A stretch of 64,000 nt of DNA, from NCBI GenBank assembly GCA_963713375.1, contig CAVQLP010000010.1, positions 7,969-71,968 of the forward strand, read 5' to 3'. Made by a program: the position numbers and the translations under genes. The notes under the pieces were generated by a model. The model saw nothing but the letters and a program-made list of their open reading frames with translations, was not told the origin of the DNA and did no database searches. Origin of the DNA: an uncultured Acidimicrobiaceae bacterium (lineage in GTDB: Bacteria > Actinomycetota > Acidimicrobiia > Acidimicrobiales > RAAP-2). Below are positions 53,449 to 62,584 of this stretch, piece after piece (within the stretch, counting starts at the first letter, position 1; every line of letters begins with the position of its first letter).

Positions 53449-53523
53449 CGGGCTGTGGCGCAGCTTGGTTAGCGCGCTGCGTTCGGGACGCAGAGGTCCC
53501 CGGTTCAAATCCGGGCAGCCCGA
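53449..53523 (+). tRNA. tRNA-Pro (anticodon CGG)
   Basis: CGGGCTG TG GCGC AGCTTGGTTA GCGC G CTGCG TTCGGGA CGCAG AGGTC CCCGG TTCAAAT CCGGG CAGCCCG A. The cloverleaf folds. CCA is not encoded. Confidence 0.95.
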
Positions 53524-53543
53524 CTCACAAGTCCCTGTTCAGA

Positions 53544-53570
53544 GCGGTGGCGGTGGCGGTGGCGGTGGCG
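53544..53570 (+). repeat. hexanucleotide microsatellite (GCGGTG) x4.5, 21 nt after tRNA-Pro
   Basis: gcggtggcggtggcggtggcggtggcg, read directly. Confidence 0.85.
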
Positions 53571-53650
53571 AGGTCTTCCAGGCGTTGCAAGCAATTGGCG
53601 CAGAAACTTTTCAGACTCTGCGGCCGTCGGCACGCCATCATGAGTGTGCA

Positions 53651-54730
53651 ATGAAGAGGCCGAGGGCCTTCCAGCTTTTCACCGCGGCCCTTTTGGGTTT
53701 GTCGACTCTGGTTTGTGCCTGCCTGCCGCAAGAGGTCAGTGGCGCGACGACGAGATTGCCGACCACCGCGCCGAGCCGGATCGACCAGTTGTCGACGAAT
53801 CAACCGAGCCCGGTTCGGGTGACCTTGTTGGATACAACGATCGCATCGCCAGCCATTTCGCAACGCATTGCAGAGCAGTACCCCAAGTTCATTCCTTTGG
53901 TGTTGGCTTCGATCCAAGTGTTCGAGAGCGCGACGAGTGGCGGGCACCGGGCCAGGTTGGAATCACTGGGGGATCTGTACAACCTGCCCGCTTTCGGAGC
54001 GACGGTGGGACATCCTCCACCTGATTCGGCCGGAGGGTCAGAAGTCAACGGGAATCTCTTGGACGCCAGCGGCCACAGGTGGACGGTGGACGCAACAGGA
54101 TTCGCCTCGGACGTTGATCGAGGTCGATTTCGGGACGGGGAAGTCGATTTCGAAGGTCGCTGTGCACACGTCAAGCCCAAAACGCTCTATGGGATCACCG
54201 TGGCTACGACGGATTGTGAGAAGGTGGCGGTTTCCTTCTCGTCTGCCGTCAAAACGATCCCATCCAACGCGAACATTGCCATCTGGAGGGATTACGGCCA
54301 GTCAACCGAGGAGCCCCTCACCGGCGGTCCTATTCCGGTAGAAGGCGTTACGGCATCGGTGAAGAACCAATACCTGACATTGAGCCAGCCCCTGCTCGCC
54401 GCCAATGACGCCTTCGTGAATGGAGTCATACCGCACTACAGGACCATTTTGAATGTTGACGCCAAACGCCTCGGGGGCCCACTCGTTGCCGCCCTGACCA
54501 CGGCCAACGAAGAACTCGCCGCCGATCGGTGGCCCGCAGGGGTCCAATCAAGCGTCAACAACCTCATCAAGGCCCGCAAGATCTTCATCGCAGACATTGA
54601 GGACTTGCCGTCGAGCGGATACGTCACGACAGCGTGGACACAGAAGCTCTACAACGACGGAGCACTCGCCGGGGACATCGAAGACACGCTCCTCGCGTAT
54701 CTCGGTCTGCCGAGCGACGATGGGTCGTAG
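53651..54730 (+). CDS. hypothetical lipoprotein-like secreted protein in a visibly lower-GC segment
   Basis: MKRPRAFQLFTAALLGLSTLVCACLPQE (signal with a lipobox-like LVCAC). Intact 359 aa. Codon third positions are much less GC-biased than in neighbouring genes. No family recognised. Confidence 0.6.
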   Translation: MKRPRAFQLFTAALLGLSTLVCACLPQEVSGATTRLPTTAPSRIDQLSTNQPSPVRVTLLDTTIASPAISQRIAEQYPKFIPLVLASIQVFESATSGGHRARLESLGDLYNLPAFGATVGHPPPDSAGGSEVNGNLLDASGHRWTVDATGFASDVDRGRFRDGEVDFEGRCAHVKPKTLYGITVATTDCEKVAVSFSSAVKTIPSNANIAIWRDYGQSTEEPLTGGPIPVEGVTASVKNQYLTLSQPLLAANDAFVNGVIPHYRTILNVDAKRLGGPLVAALTTANEELAADRWPAGVQSSVNNLIKARKIFIADIEDLPSSGYVTTAWTQKLYNDGALAGDIEDTLLAYLGLPSDDGS

Positions 54731-54902
54731 AAATCAGGTGGCCGAAACGAGGGGGAGCACTTTGCTCAATCGGACCTTCGCTTAGGGCAAGGAATAGACC
54801 GTCCCGGACAACCGTATCCGTCTCAGCACGAAATGAGCCACCTGCCCTGTCGCCGGTCCGGTCACACGTACTCCCGTCAAAATACGGCGGGCATAGCGAG
54901 AG

Positions 54903-54931
54903 ATGACTCCGGTTCAAGTCCGGGCAACTTG
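54903..54931 (+). other. tRNA T-arm/acceptor-like fragment resembling the 3' end of tRNA-Pro
   Basis: ctCCGGTTCAAgTCCGGGCAacttg compared with tRNA-Pro CCCCGGTTCAAaTCCGGGCAgcccg. Same strand, 1.4 kb downstream, with no D or anticodon arm. Confidence 0.4.
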
Positions 54932-55039
54932 CAACTGAACTCGACGCGGCAGAACTGATCTCCAGTCTGCGGATCCGGCGGGTCGCCCATCATCTTTGGA
55001 GATTCGTGGGGCCCACCCTGAGACCGCAACGGGCCGCAT

Positions 55040-55445
55040 TCACTGAACCAAGAGTTCGTGCAGCAAGGCCCTGGTCCTCCGCTCAATCTCCTCGACAATG
55101 GGCCGCACCACTTCGATCGACTTGCCCGCTGGATCCGCGAGATCCCAGTCCTCGTACCGCTTGCCCGGAAAGACGGGGCAGGTATCGCCACAACCCATGG
55201 TGACGATCACGTCGGCTTGCTGGGCCAGATCGTCGGACAGTGGCTTCGGGAACTCCTTGCTCGGATCGAGCCCCCGCTCGAGGAGCAGCGCCACCACAGA
55301 GGGATTGAGCTCGCCGGCCGGCTCCGAACCGGCCGAGCGCACGGTCGACCGCTCCCTGCGCGTAGTGGTCGAGCAGAACTCGGGCCGCCAAGCTCCGACC
55401 GGCGTTGTGCGTGCACAGGAACAAGACGACCGGCGGCTCACTCAT
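55040..55445 (-). pseudogene. arsC: arsenate reductase, LMW-PTP type; one frame change near 55340
   Basis: MSEPPVVLFLCTHNAGRS (CX5R P-loop) joins VRSAGSEPAGELNPSVVALLLERGLD..VIVTMGCGDTCP. The ATG overlaps the upstream stop (ATGA). Confidence 0.75.
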
Positions 55446-56189
55446 CGCAACTCCTCCGTCGCTTCCGACCCGGCCGTCTCGACCGGGTCCAACGGCATGC
55501 GGTGCGACACCACGACGCTCGATGCTTGGCCTGGCGACACTCCGGGATAGAGGACCCAGAGGAGGCCGATGGCCACGACGCCACCCACGACTTGTGCCGT
55601 GATGAAGCTGGGGACAGAGGATGGGGCGATACCCGCGAACGTGTTGGAGAACATTCTCCCCACCGTGATGGCGGGGTTGGCGAAACTGGTCGAACTGGTG
55701 AAGAAGTAGGCGGCGCCGATGTACGCCCCGACGGCCGCCGGAGCGAGACTGGAGCGCCCGGTTCGAGCAAGGGCGAAGATCACCAGAATCAGGCCGACGG
55801 TTGCTACCACCTCGGAAAGCCAATGGGGTCCCGACGCTCGGTGCTTGGTCGAGATGGAGATCGCGGCCTCGGAGAACATGGCGTTGGCCACGATGGCCCC
55901 GCAGATGCAGCCGAGCGTCTGGAACGGCAGGTAGGCGGCGGCATCCCTCCACGAGAGGCCTCCGAATCGTGCATCGACGAAGGAGACGACCGGATTGAAG
56001 TGCCCACCCGAGATCGGGCCGAACATCAAGATGATGGCGAAGAGGCCCGCCGCCGTGGCCGCGGCATTCTCGAAGAGCTGCAGGCCCACATTGCCCGGGC
56101 GAGAGGTTCTGCGCCGCTATACCCGAGCCGATGACGATGGCGGCCAGGAAGCCACTGCCCAAGAACTCGGCCAGGAGCCGCCTCCACAA
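55442..56189 (-). pseudogene. MIP/aquaporin-family channel (aquaglyceroporin-like, likely arsenite conduit); one frame change near 56095
   Basis: MWRRLLAEFLGSGFLAAIVIGSG joins ISGGHFNPVVS (first NPx) and SFANPAITVGR (second NPA). Confidence 0.75.
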
Positions 56190-56230
56190 GGGGGCCTCGT
56201 GTCATGCGCTCTCTCTGCTCCGCTCGCCAC

Positions 56231-56702
56231 TCAACAGCAGGACGACGGCCCCATCCCGCACGGCATCACGTCGTCACCGGGTACACAACACGAGGCGTCG
56301 CCGGCGATACCGGTCGCGGCCGGTGCGTCGGCGAGCACGGTGTAGATCTCCCATGGGGCACCGTCGGGATCATTGACCCAGACCTTGTCCTGGACGGCGA
56401 AGCAACACGTCGTCTGTTCCTGCACCTGGGTTTCGAGTCCCATCCGGCTCAGCCGCTCGGCGGCGGCTGCCCACATCTTCGGACCCTTCGACCTCGACTC
56501 CGAGGTGGTTGAGCGCTCCCACCGTTCCATGACCCCGCGTGGACGAGTCCTCGATCAAGACCAGCTTCAGTGGCGGGTCGCTGATGGCGAAGTTGGCGTA
56601 ACCCGGCTGGCGCTTGGCGGGCTCGGTCCCGAAGAGCTTGGAATAGAACTCGACGGCCTCGTCGATATCTGAGACGTTCAAAGCCAGTTGCACTCGTGAC
56701 AT
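56231..56702 (-). pseudogene. ArsI/CadI-family glyoxalase-fold (VOC) metalloenzyme; one frame change near 56500
   Basis: MSRVQLALNVSDIDEAVEFYSKLFGTEPAKRQPGYANFAISDPPLKLVLIE..LNHLGVEV joins TTCCFAVQDKVWVNDPDGAPWEIYTVLAD (vicinal Cys pair), then a Cys-rich tail SCCVPGDDVMPCGMGPSSCC. Confidence 0.7.
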
Positions 56703-56716
56703 GGTCACCTCCATAC

Positions 56717-56768
56717 ATCGACATCTGTCGATGCATGGAGTATCATCAATGCATCGACAAGTGTCAAT
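56717..56768. promoter_or_regulatory. two ArsR-type operator palindromes in the arsI/arsR divergent region
   Basis: ATCGACA-TC-TGTCGAT (56717-56732) is a perfect 7-2-7. ATCGACA-AG-TGTCAAT (56753-56768) has one mismatch. The centres are 36 bp apart. Confidence 0.5.
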
Positions 56769-56778
56769 AGGAGAGAGG

Positions 56779-57131
56779 ATGGCCAAGCGCGTGTCGGTGA
56801 TGGAAGTCGAGCACCGAGGAGCAGTGCTGCCCGTCGGTTCTCGCCGCTCCGCTCGATGCCGGCGACGGCGACCGAGCTGGCCACAGGCTTCAGCGCACTG
56901 TCAGACCCGGTTCGCCTTCGCGTGCTCAGCATCCTGGCGGCCTCGCCCGAGGGCGAGGTGTGCGTCTGCGAGTTCGTCGAACCGCTCGGCAAGAGCCAGC
57001 CGACCATCTCGCATCACATGAAGATTCTCAGCGAGGCGGGGCTCGTGCAGGGCGACCGTCGCGGCAAGTGGGTGTGGTACTCGCTGAACGCCGACCGGCT
57101 TGCCGAACTCCGGGCAGCCATTGACAACTGA
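56779..57131 (+). pseudogene. arsR: ArsR/SmtB-family metalloregulator; the N-terminal Cys-pair region needs 2 frame changes; intact from 56856
   Basis: LATGFSALSDPVRLRVLSILAASPEGEVCVCEFVEPLGKSQPTISHHMKIL (CVC metal site and HTH). Upstream in another frame is EEQCCPSVLAAPLDAGD. ATG 56779 is preceded by GGAGAGAGG. Confidence 0.75.
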
Positions 57132-57160
57132 GGGATCCTGAAGCCTGGTTTGTCCCTGTC

Positions 57161-57498
57161 TCACCCCCAAAAGAGTGCGGTGGGATCGTCGTCGATCTCC
57201 TTGAGCAGCCGGTCGAGAGACTGGGTGGGCGGGCGAATTCGTACCGATGAAACTTTTGGTGTTGGTCGCTCCAGTAGAGGGACCACGATCGCTTCGACTG
57301 TGTATAGCGAAGTCGGGCGATTGGTGACCTCGTCCATGAATCAGACTCCGGCGAGTTCCAAGGGGGTCGGCATTCGAAGATGGTGACACTGCCGTAGCCG
57401 ACAAGTCGATCTCCATCCGGATCTTGTCTGTGTACGTTCGCCGGGACCTTCGCCTCGGCCCAGCGTCGCACCCGATGAAGATCGGACTCGGGAAGCAC
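57161..57498 (-). pseudogene. DUF3024 domain protein; about 3 frame changes
   Basis: MLPESDLHRVRRWAEAKVP, IRMEIDLSATA, VTIFECRPPW..WTRSPIARLRYTQSKRSWSLYWSDQHQKFHRY, and the end LLKEIDDDPTALFWG-stop at 57161-57163. Confidence 0.6.
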
Positions 57499-57596
57499 CT
57501 GGAGAACGTTACCCAGGGTCCGGCACAGAACGACGGGGGCGCATCATCCGCACGACTTCATTGTCACTTGCCGGACGTAGCGGACCCATCTACTAT

Positions 57597-57610
57597 GTAC
57601 CGCATGGTAC
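57597..57610. promoter_or_regulatory. inverted repeat GTACC-GCAT-GGTAC just upstream of the PadR gene (candidate operator)
   Basis: Read directly; it lies 18 nt before the preferred PadR start. It does not match the classic ATGT-N8-ACAT PadR box exactly. Confidence 0.3.
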
Positions 57611-57627
57611 CTGGCAGTACCGACAAG

Positions 57628-58008
57628 ATGCTGGCGCAAATGCGTCGCGGCGCGATCGAGTACTGCGTCCTCGCTCTCCTCCGAGACCAGGATCTCTATG
57701 GGCTCGAACTCACCCGCAAATTGACCGAGGCGGATGGGCTGGTGACGAGCGAGGGCACGGTCTACCCGCTGCTGACCCGGCTTCATCGAGAGGGTCTGGT
57801 CGAGGCGACGTGGGAGGAATCGCCCTCCGGGCCGCCCCGTCGCTACTACCGGATCACCAAAGAGGGCCGGTCGGCCCTGAAGGCATTCATCACCCAGTGG
57901 GAGCGATTCCGCACCACGGTCGACGGACTCTTGGATCCAGGAGGAACGAGATGGCTGCAGGCGATGCCCTCTGCGAGGACTACCTCAGGCGCCTCACGGC
58001 GGCGCTGA
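57628..58008 (+). CDS. PadR family transcriptional regulator
   Basis: MLAQMRRGAIEYCVLALLRDQDLYGLELTRKL..SEGTVYPLLTRLHREGLVEATWEES..PPRRYYRITKEGR. Earlier in-frame ATGs are at 57595 and 57604. The 3' end overlaps the next gene by 58 nt. Confidence 0.8.
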   Translation: MLAQMRRGAIEYCVLALLRDQDLYGLELTRKLTEADGLVTSEGTVYPLLTRLHREGLVEATWEESPSGPPRRYYRITKEGRSALKAFITQWERFRTTVDGLLDPGGTRWLQAMPSARTTSGASRRR

Positions 58009-58757
58009 GCGGGGTTCCGGCCCCAGACCGGGATCTGATACTCACCCAGATCTGGGATCACCTCGCCGAGGCGCGGGCTGCCTTCCCGTCCAGACGGAGG
58101 CCGGGGTCACGAGACTGATCGGCTCGGCCCACCCGAAGAGATTGCACAGGCCGCGACAACGAGGCTGAAGAAATGACCTCGCGCTTCTAGGCGCAAGGTG
58201 CGAGGACTGACGGCCCTCACCGCGGTGTTCGCCCTCATCGCCCTCGGACTGGCGTCGCTGCGCTGACCGGCGCCTTCGGAAGTAACCAGATTCCCCCAGC
58301 CCGCAGTGCCCTTCCCGCCCGCGTGGCGGTCCCGAACGTTCTCGGTCTCGATCAAGCGCAAGCGGCCGCCGTGTTGTCGGCCACCGGCTTCCGCCCGGTG
58401 GTCAGGCCGAGTGGGGGCTCCACGGCGGGCCCGCCCGGCGTCGTCGTGGGACAGTCCCCTCCCGCTGGCTTCCAGGCGCCGCGCAAGAGCCGGGTCTCGA
58501 TTTCGGCCACGCAAGCCGTCTACTCCGGGACGCCGCAGTCACCCGCACACGTCCTGATCAATCCGGCCACCGGAGCGATCGTCGTCCACGTCCCCAACGT
58601 CGTCGGTCTCAGCCAGGCGCAGGCGGTGGCTGCGCTGACCATGCAGGGCTTGGATGCCAACGTGTCGAACTCCAGTGGGCTCTACGTCCGAAAGGAGATG
58701 CCGGAGGCTGGTTCCACCGTGCCCTCCAACAGCGAGGTCATCATCGACATGGGATAG
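57951..58757 (+). pseudogene. PadR-partner membrane protein: N-terminal helical (DUF1700-like) domain + TM + two PASTA domains; several frame changes
   Basis: AGGAGG RBS then MAAGDALCEDYLRRLTAALSGVPAPDRDLILTQIWDHLAEA, ..LGPPEEIAQAATTRL, TM helix GLTALTAVFALIALGLA. Then an intact 144-aa stretch with VPNVLGLDQAQAAAVLSATGF..GVVVGQSPPAG and VPNVVGLSQAQAVAALTMQGL..EMPEAGSTVPSNSEVII. Confidence 0.55.
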
Positions 58758-58809
58758 CCGGACGGCGGACGGCAATTCCAGGGAACTCGGCCGGCGACGA
58801 TCCGATGCG

Positions 58810-59132
58810 TCAGTCCTCGCCCTCGTAGTCCGCCTTCGATTCGTGCCAGATGCGCTGCTGCGAATAGTTGTTGTGCGCACTGCATTTTGCGCACGTCCGA
58901 TACCGGGCCACGTCCTCGCGCCAGCGCGGCATTGCTGATTCACGGTGTTCGTGAGCCCGATCGGTCGAGAAGGCGCGGCCGTAGCCATCGTTCGAACCCG
59001 CCTTCCATGGGTGCGCGGCATGCCGCCCGGGTGGATCTTGGCGTACCACTTCGGGACCTTCCACGTGTAGCCACACGCACGACAGGTGCGGAGGTACTCG
59101 GGGCGGAGCAACGCTCGCATCAGGCCAGCCAT
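58810..59132 (-). pseudogene. small zinc-ribbon protein (two CxxC pairs); one frame change near 59020
   Basis: MAGLMRALLRPEYLRTCRACGYTWKVPKWYAKIHP joins ..HPWKAGSNDGYGRAFSTDRAHEHRESAMPRWREDVARYRTCAKCSAHNNYSQQRIWHESKADYEGED. The start overlaps the response-regulator 3' end. Confidence 0.45.
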
Positions 59133-59900
59133 GCGAGCGCAGTGTACTGACGCGACCTCACGAACAGGATGGAGCGCGGCTCGCCGCCTGAAGGGAAGCG
59201 ATCGGTCGGGAGGCCGGATGGCGCGCTCGCGCCTGCCGTCAGGCCTCGGGTGAAGGACCCTTCTTCGAACAGTTTGACGGCCGCCTCCCGGTCGGGAACA
59301 CCCAACTTCTTGAGGATCGTCGACACGTGGCTGCGCACCGTGGTCGGCGAAATGAACAGTCGTTCTGAAATCTCCGCGGTGGACGCACCCGTGCGCATGA
59401 GCTCGAGCACGTCCCACTCCCGCCCGGTCAGGCGGGCGGCGGCGCCCTGGGGCACGGCGACCCGCCGGTGCTCGCGATCCCTGAACTCCTCGACGAGACG
59501 GGCGACCAGGCTCCCGGGGAGCGGTGCCTCGCCCTTGAGGACTTGGTGCAGGGCATCGCCCAGCGCCGTCTCGTCCATGCCCTTGAGCAGGTAACCCGAG
59601 GCGCCCGGCCCGGAGGGCGTCGAAGAGATCCTCGTCCTGGCGCGACACGGTGAGCATCACCACGGCCGTCTCGGGGAGGGCCGCCGTGATCCGTGAGGCC
59701 GCGGCGATGCCGCTGCCGGGCATGTTGATGTCGAGCAGGCAGACGTCGGGATGTTCGGCCAAGGCGGCGGCGACGGCGGAGGGCGTGTCGTGCGCTTCGG
59801 CGCAGACGCGGAACTCGCCGGAGTTCTCGAGCGCCAGCCGGACGAGCGCCCTCGTCCGTGCGTGGTCGTCGGCCACCAGGACGCTGATCGCCTCGCTCAA
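59120..59900 (-). pseudogene. NarL/LuxR-family response regulator; one frame change near 59590
   Basis: ISVLVADDHARTRALV..PDVCLLDINMPG (receiver) joins GYLLKGMDE..LTGREWDVLELMRTGASTAEISERLFISPTTVRSHVSTILKKLG (LuxR HTH). The TTG start overlaps the kinase stop. Confidence 0.8.
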
Positions 59901-61502
59901 GGGAGCGCAAGCTCGATCCGGGTACCCAGCGCCGGCGCCGAAGCGACGACAAAGCCGGCCCCGATGGCGTCGGCCCGCTCGCGCATGCTCACCAATCCGA
60001 AGCCAGAGCGGGCTCCGACCTCAGGATCGAACCCGCACCCGTCGTCCTCCACGACCACCCGGACGCCGTCGTCCTTGCGCACCGTGACCGTGACGACGGT
60101 CGGGCCGCCGTGGGTGGCCGCATTGGTGATGGCCTCGCGCACGATGCGCAGGACGTGCTCGGTCACGTCGGGCCGGGTGTCGATGTCGTCTGCCACCTCG
60201 AGGCGCACCGCCACGCCCAGGCGGGCCCCCAGGTCCTCGGCGGTCTGGGCCACCGCACCGGCGAGCGACTGTGGCGCGGCGGACGAGAGCACGGTGATGG
60301 CCCGCCGGGCCTCGTCCAAGGCACGGTCGGCCGCGCTGGAGAGCTCCTGGACGTCGACATGCGCCTTGGCCCGGCGTGAGCTCCGGGCCATGCTGGCGAT
60401 GTAGGCCAGCTCGTGGGCCAGACCGTCATGGAGATCGCGGGCGATGCGCCGGCGCTCTTCGGCCCGACCGGCCTGCTCCAGCTGCTCGTGGGCCGCCCAG
60501 TTCGAGAGGGCGAGCTCGAGGAGGTGCCCGAGTGCGACGGAGCGCTCCAGCGAGTCGTCCGTCAGCGCGCCGTCGGGGCTGACGATCTCGAGCACGCCGT
60601 GGAGACGGCCACCCGGGGCGACCGGGACGAGGAGGGCGTGACGAGGCGAGTCGGTGCGCGGCGACCTCCGTCAGCGGCAGGAGCCCCGACCGTCTGCGCG
60701 GCGTCGGTCGGAGCTCGCGCACCGACGGCGGCCAGCGGCGAGCGCTCGTCGAGCCGCCACGAGTCCTCCCCGCCGATCGGTCCGAAGCGGGCCTCGACCG
60801 TGACCGTGTCCTGCTCGATGCGCAGGTAGCGCGCCGCGGCCGGACAGCCGGGGCATGACGCCGTCTGCGCGGCCAACTCGGCGCCCAGGGCAGCGATGGC
60901 CGGGGGTTCGAGGAGCGAGGAGAGCCGGCGGGCCGCGGCGTTGATCGACTCGGCCTGATGGAGCAGCTGCTCCGTGTGGCGCTTGGACTGGGTGAGCCGC
61001 AGGCGCAGCGCGTGAATCGACACCGACAGCAGGCAGCTGACGCCGGCGAGCAGGCCCAGGCGGCGCGCCGTGGCCACGGCCGGCCCGCCAGCCTTGATCG
61101 ACACGACGAGGAGCCCGAGGAGCACGAGGACCACGACGATGGTGGAGTCGCGCCGGCTCCCGAAGAGCGCCAGTCCGACGACGGCGACGAGGTAGAGCGG
61201 TCCGAATCCACTCGCCGTCCCGCCCGTGGCGAGCAGGAGGAGGGTCACCGAGACGACATCGAGCGCGGCCGGGAGCAGCAGCGGGCTGACGCGCGGCGGG
61301 ACGACGCACGAACAGCAAGCGGTGCCGCCAGCACGAGGAGAGCCGTGCTGATCCAGAACAGCGGGATGTTGTTCGGCCCCGGCGGCCAGATCGCGCTGAT
61401 CTGACCGGCGGCGGCAATGGCGGCGAAAGGCCATGCCCGAGCCAGACCGTGCCCCGGTCGATCAAGGTGGCAACGGAACGACTCACCTGAGCGCCTCCAC
61501 AA
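59897..61502 (-). pseudogene. sensor histidine kinase (TM region + HisKA_3 + HATPase_c); at least 2 frame changes
   Basis: TM helices (FAAIAAAGQISAIW, LFWISTALLVLAAPLAV, LDVVSVTLLLLATGG, IVVVLVLLGLLVV). H-box ERRRIARDLHDGLAHEL, N-box REAITNAATHG, G-box VEDDGCGF and GFGLVSMRERA. Confidence 0.7.
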
Positions 61503-61762
61503 CGTGTCGCGCTGATTCTGTCACGTTGCCCGCCCAAACTCCCCGAGAACGAAGTAGTGGCCCCCGTCCGGGGCATCGGAACGGGGGCCACCACATCGAG
61601 CGGCAAGGAGCGCCTGCGCCAACTATCGGGCCCGGCGCCGTCCGTGTCGAGGACGTCAGGCGTCTAATTCCTTCAACGCCACTGCATCAAGGTGCGGACC
61701 GGCCGAGGCGCGCTCAGCAGCGGCGGCGGCCGCCGGCAGCCGCGCCGGCGGCTGGCTGTGGG

Positions 61763-62463
61763 CTACTGGGTGATGGACCAGGTGAGCGGGATGGTGGCCG
61801 TGAGCCCCTGGTCGGCGTTGGTCGCCGAGGCGTCGAGCTGCACGGTGATGACATAGGTGGCCGAGCCGCCGGCGGCCAGCGCGGACAGGGCCGGGGTGCT
61901 CAGCGTCTGCGAGGACAAGCTGGCCAGCGTCTCCGCGCTCGACGGCGCCGGGCAGCTGCCGGCCAGCGTCGGGTACACGCACTGGTCCGTCGCACCCGAC
62001 GTGGTGTTGGCGATGGTGACGTCGACCTTCCCGCAGAACCCCGCCATGTCGGCCCCCACGTACCCCCCGTCGTCCGACGCCGCGGCGGCGCTGCAGGCCG
62101 ACGCGACCAGTGAGGCGGTCGTCGTCCCGTCGTTGCCGACGTTGGTCACCGTGACGGTGGTGCTGACCGGGGGTCCCGCCGGGCACCTGGTCGGCCGCCG
62201 CCCCGAGGTCGTCGATGCTCGAGCAGTCGCCGTCGTTGGCCGCGGTGACGCTCCCGCCGCTGCCCGAGCCGGTCGAGAAGCACGTGGTCGAGCCGACGCC
62301 CTCCTCCAGCTGGATGGTGCCCGAACTGAACTGGTTGGTCGGGTTGGCCACCGTGGCGGAGAACGCGCCCATCGTCGTGGCGGCGGTCAGCCCGAGGAGC
62401 GCGACGGCAACCAGGGCGACCGCCAGGCCCTTGATGTCGTCACGTAGCCAATTCCACCGCACC
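61763..62463 (-). pseudogene. TasA/camelysin-like protein with SipW-dependent-type signal peptide; one frame change near 62150
   Basis: KGLAVALVAVALLGLTAATTMGAFSATVANPTNQFSSGTIQL (AxFxxxxxxxxNxFxxGxxxL signature). C-terminal ATYVITVQLDASATNADQGLTATIPLTWSITQ. GTG start at 62461-62463. Confidence 0.6.
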
Positions 62464-62584
62464 GCTCCCCCAGCCTTCGTCGGGCCGTCGGTGTCGTATC
62501 GGTGGATTTGGGCCCGTGATGAGGGATTTTGTCGTTCCGGGTCGCGGCCGGCCGGGTCCGCCCGCCGGGCCGGATTCCGGCGGA

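Noticed and set aside
53220-53654. 144-aa ORF continuing from the CorC gene through tRNA-Pro
   Set aside because: Only the first ~50 codons (FDEFGHIPVEGEEIRVGDWDLRVIEMDKRRVAQVV) are real. The rest reads through a tRNA gene and the GCGGTG microsatellite.
56703-56786. Cys-rich N-terminal extension MAILSPIDTCRCIDDTPCIDRCRCMEVT of the arsI-like ORF
   Set aside because: It is the translation of the ATCGACA/TGTCGAT operator palindromes. The family N-terminus MSRVQLALNV starts at 56702.
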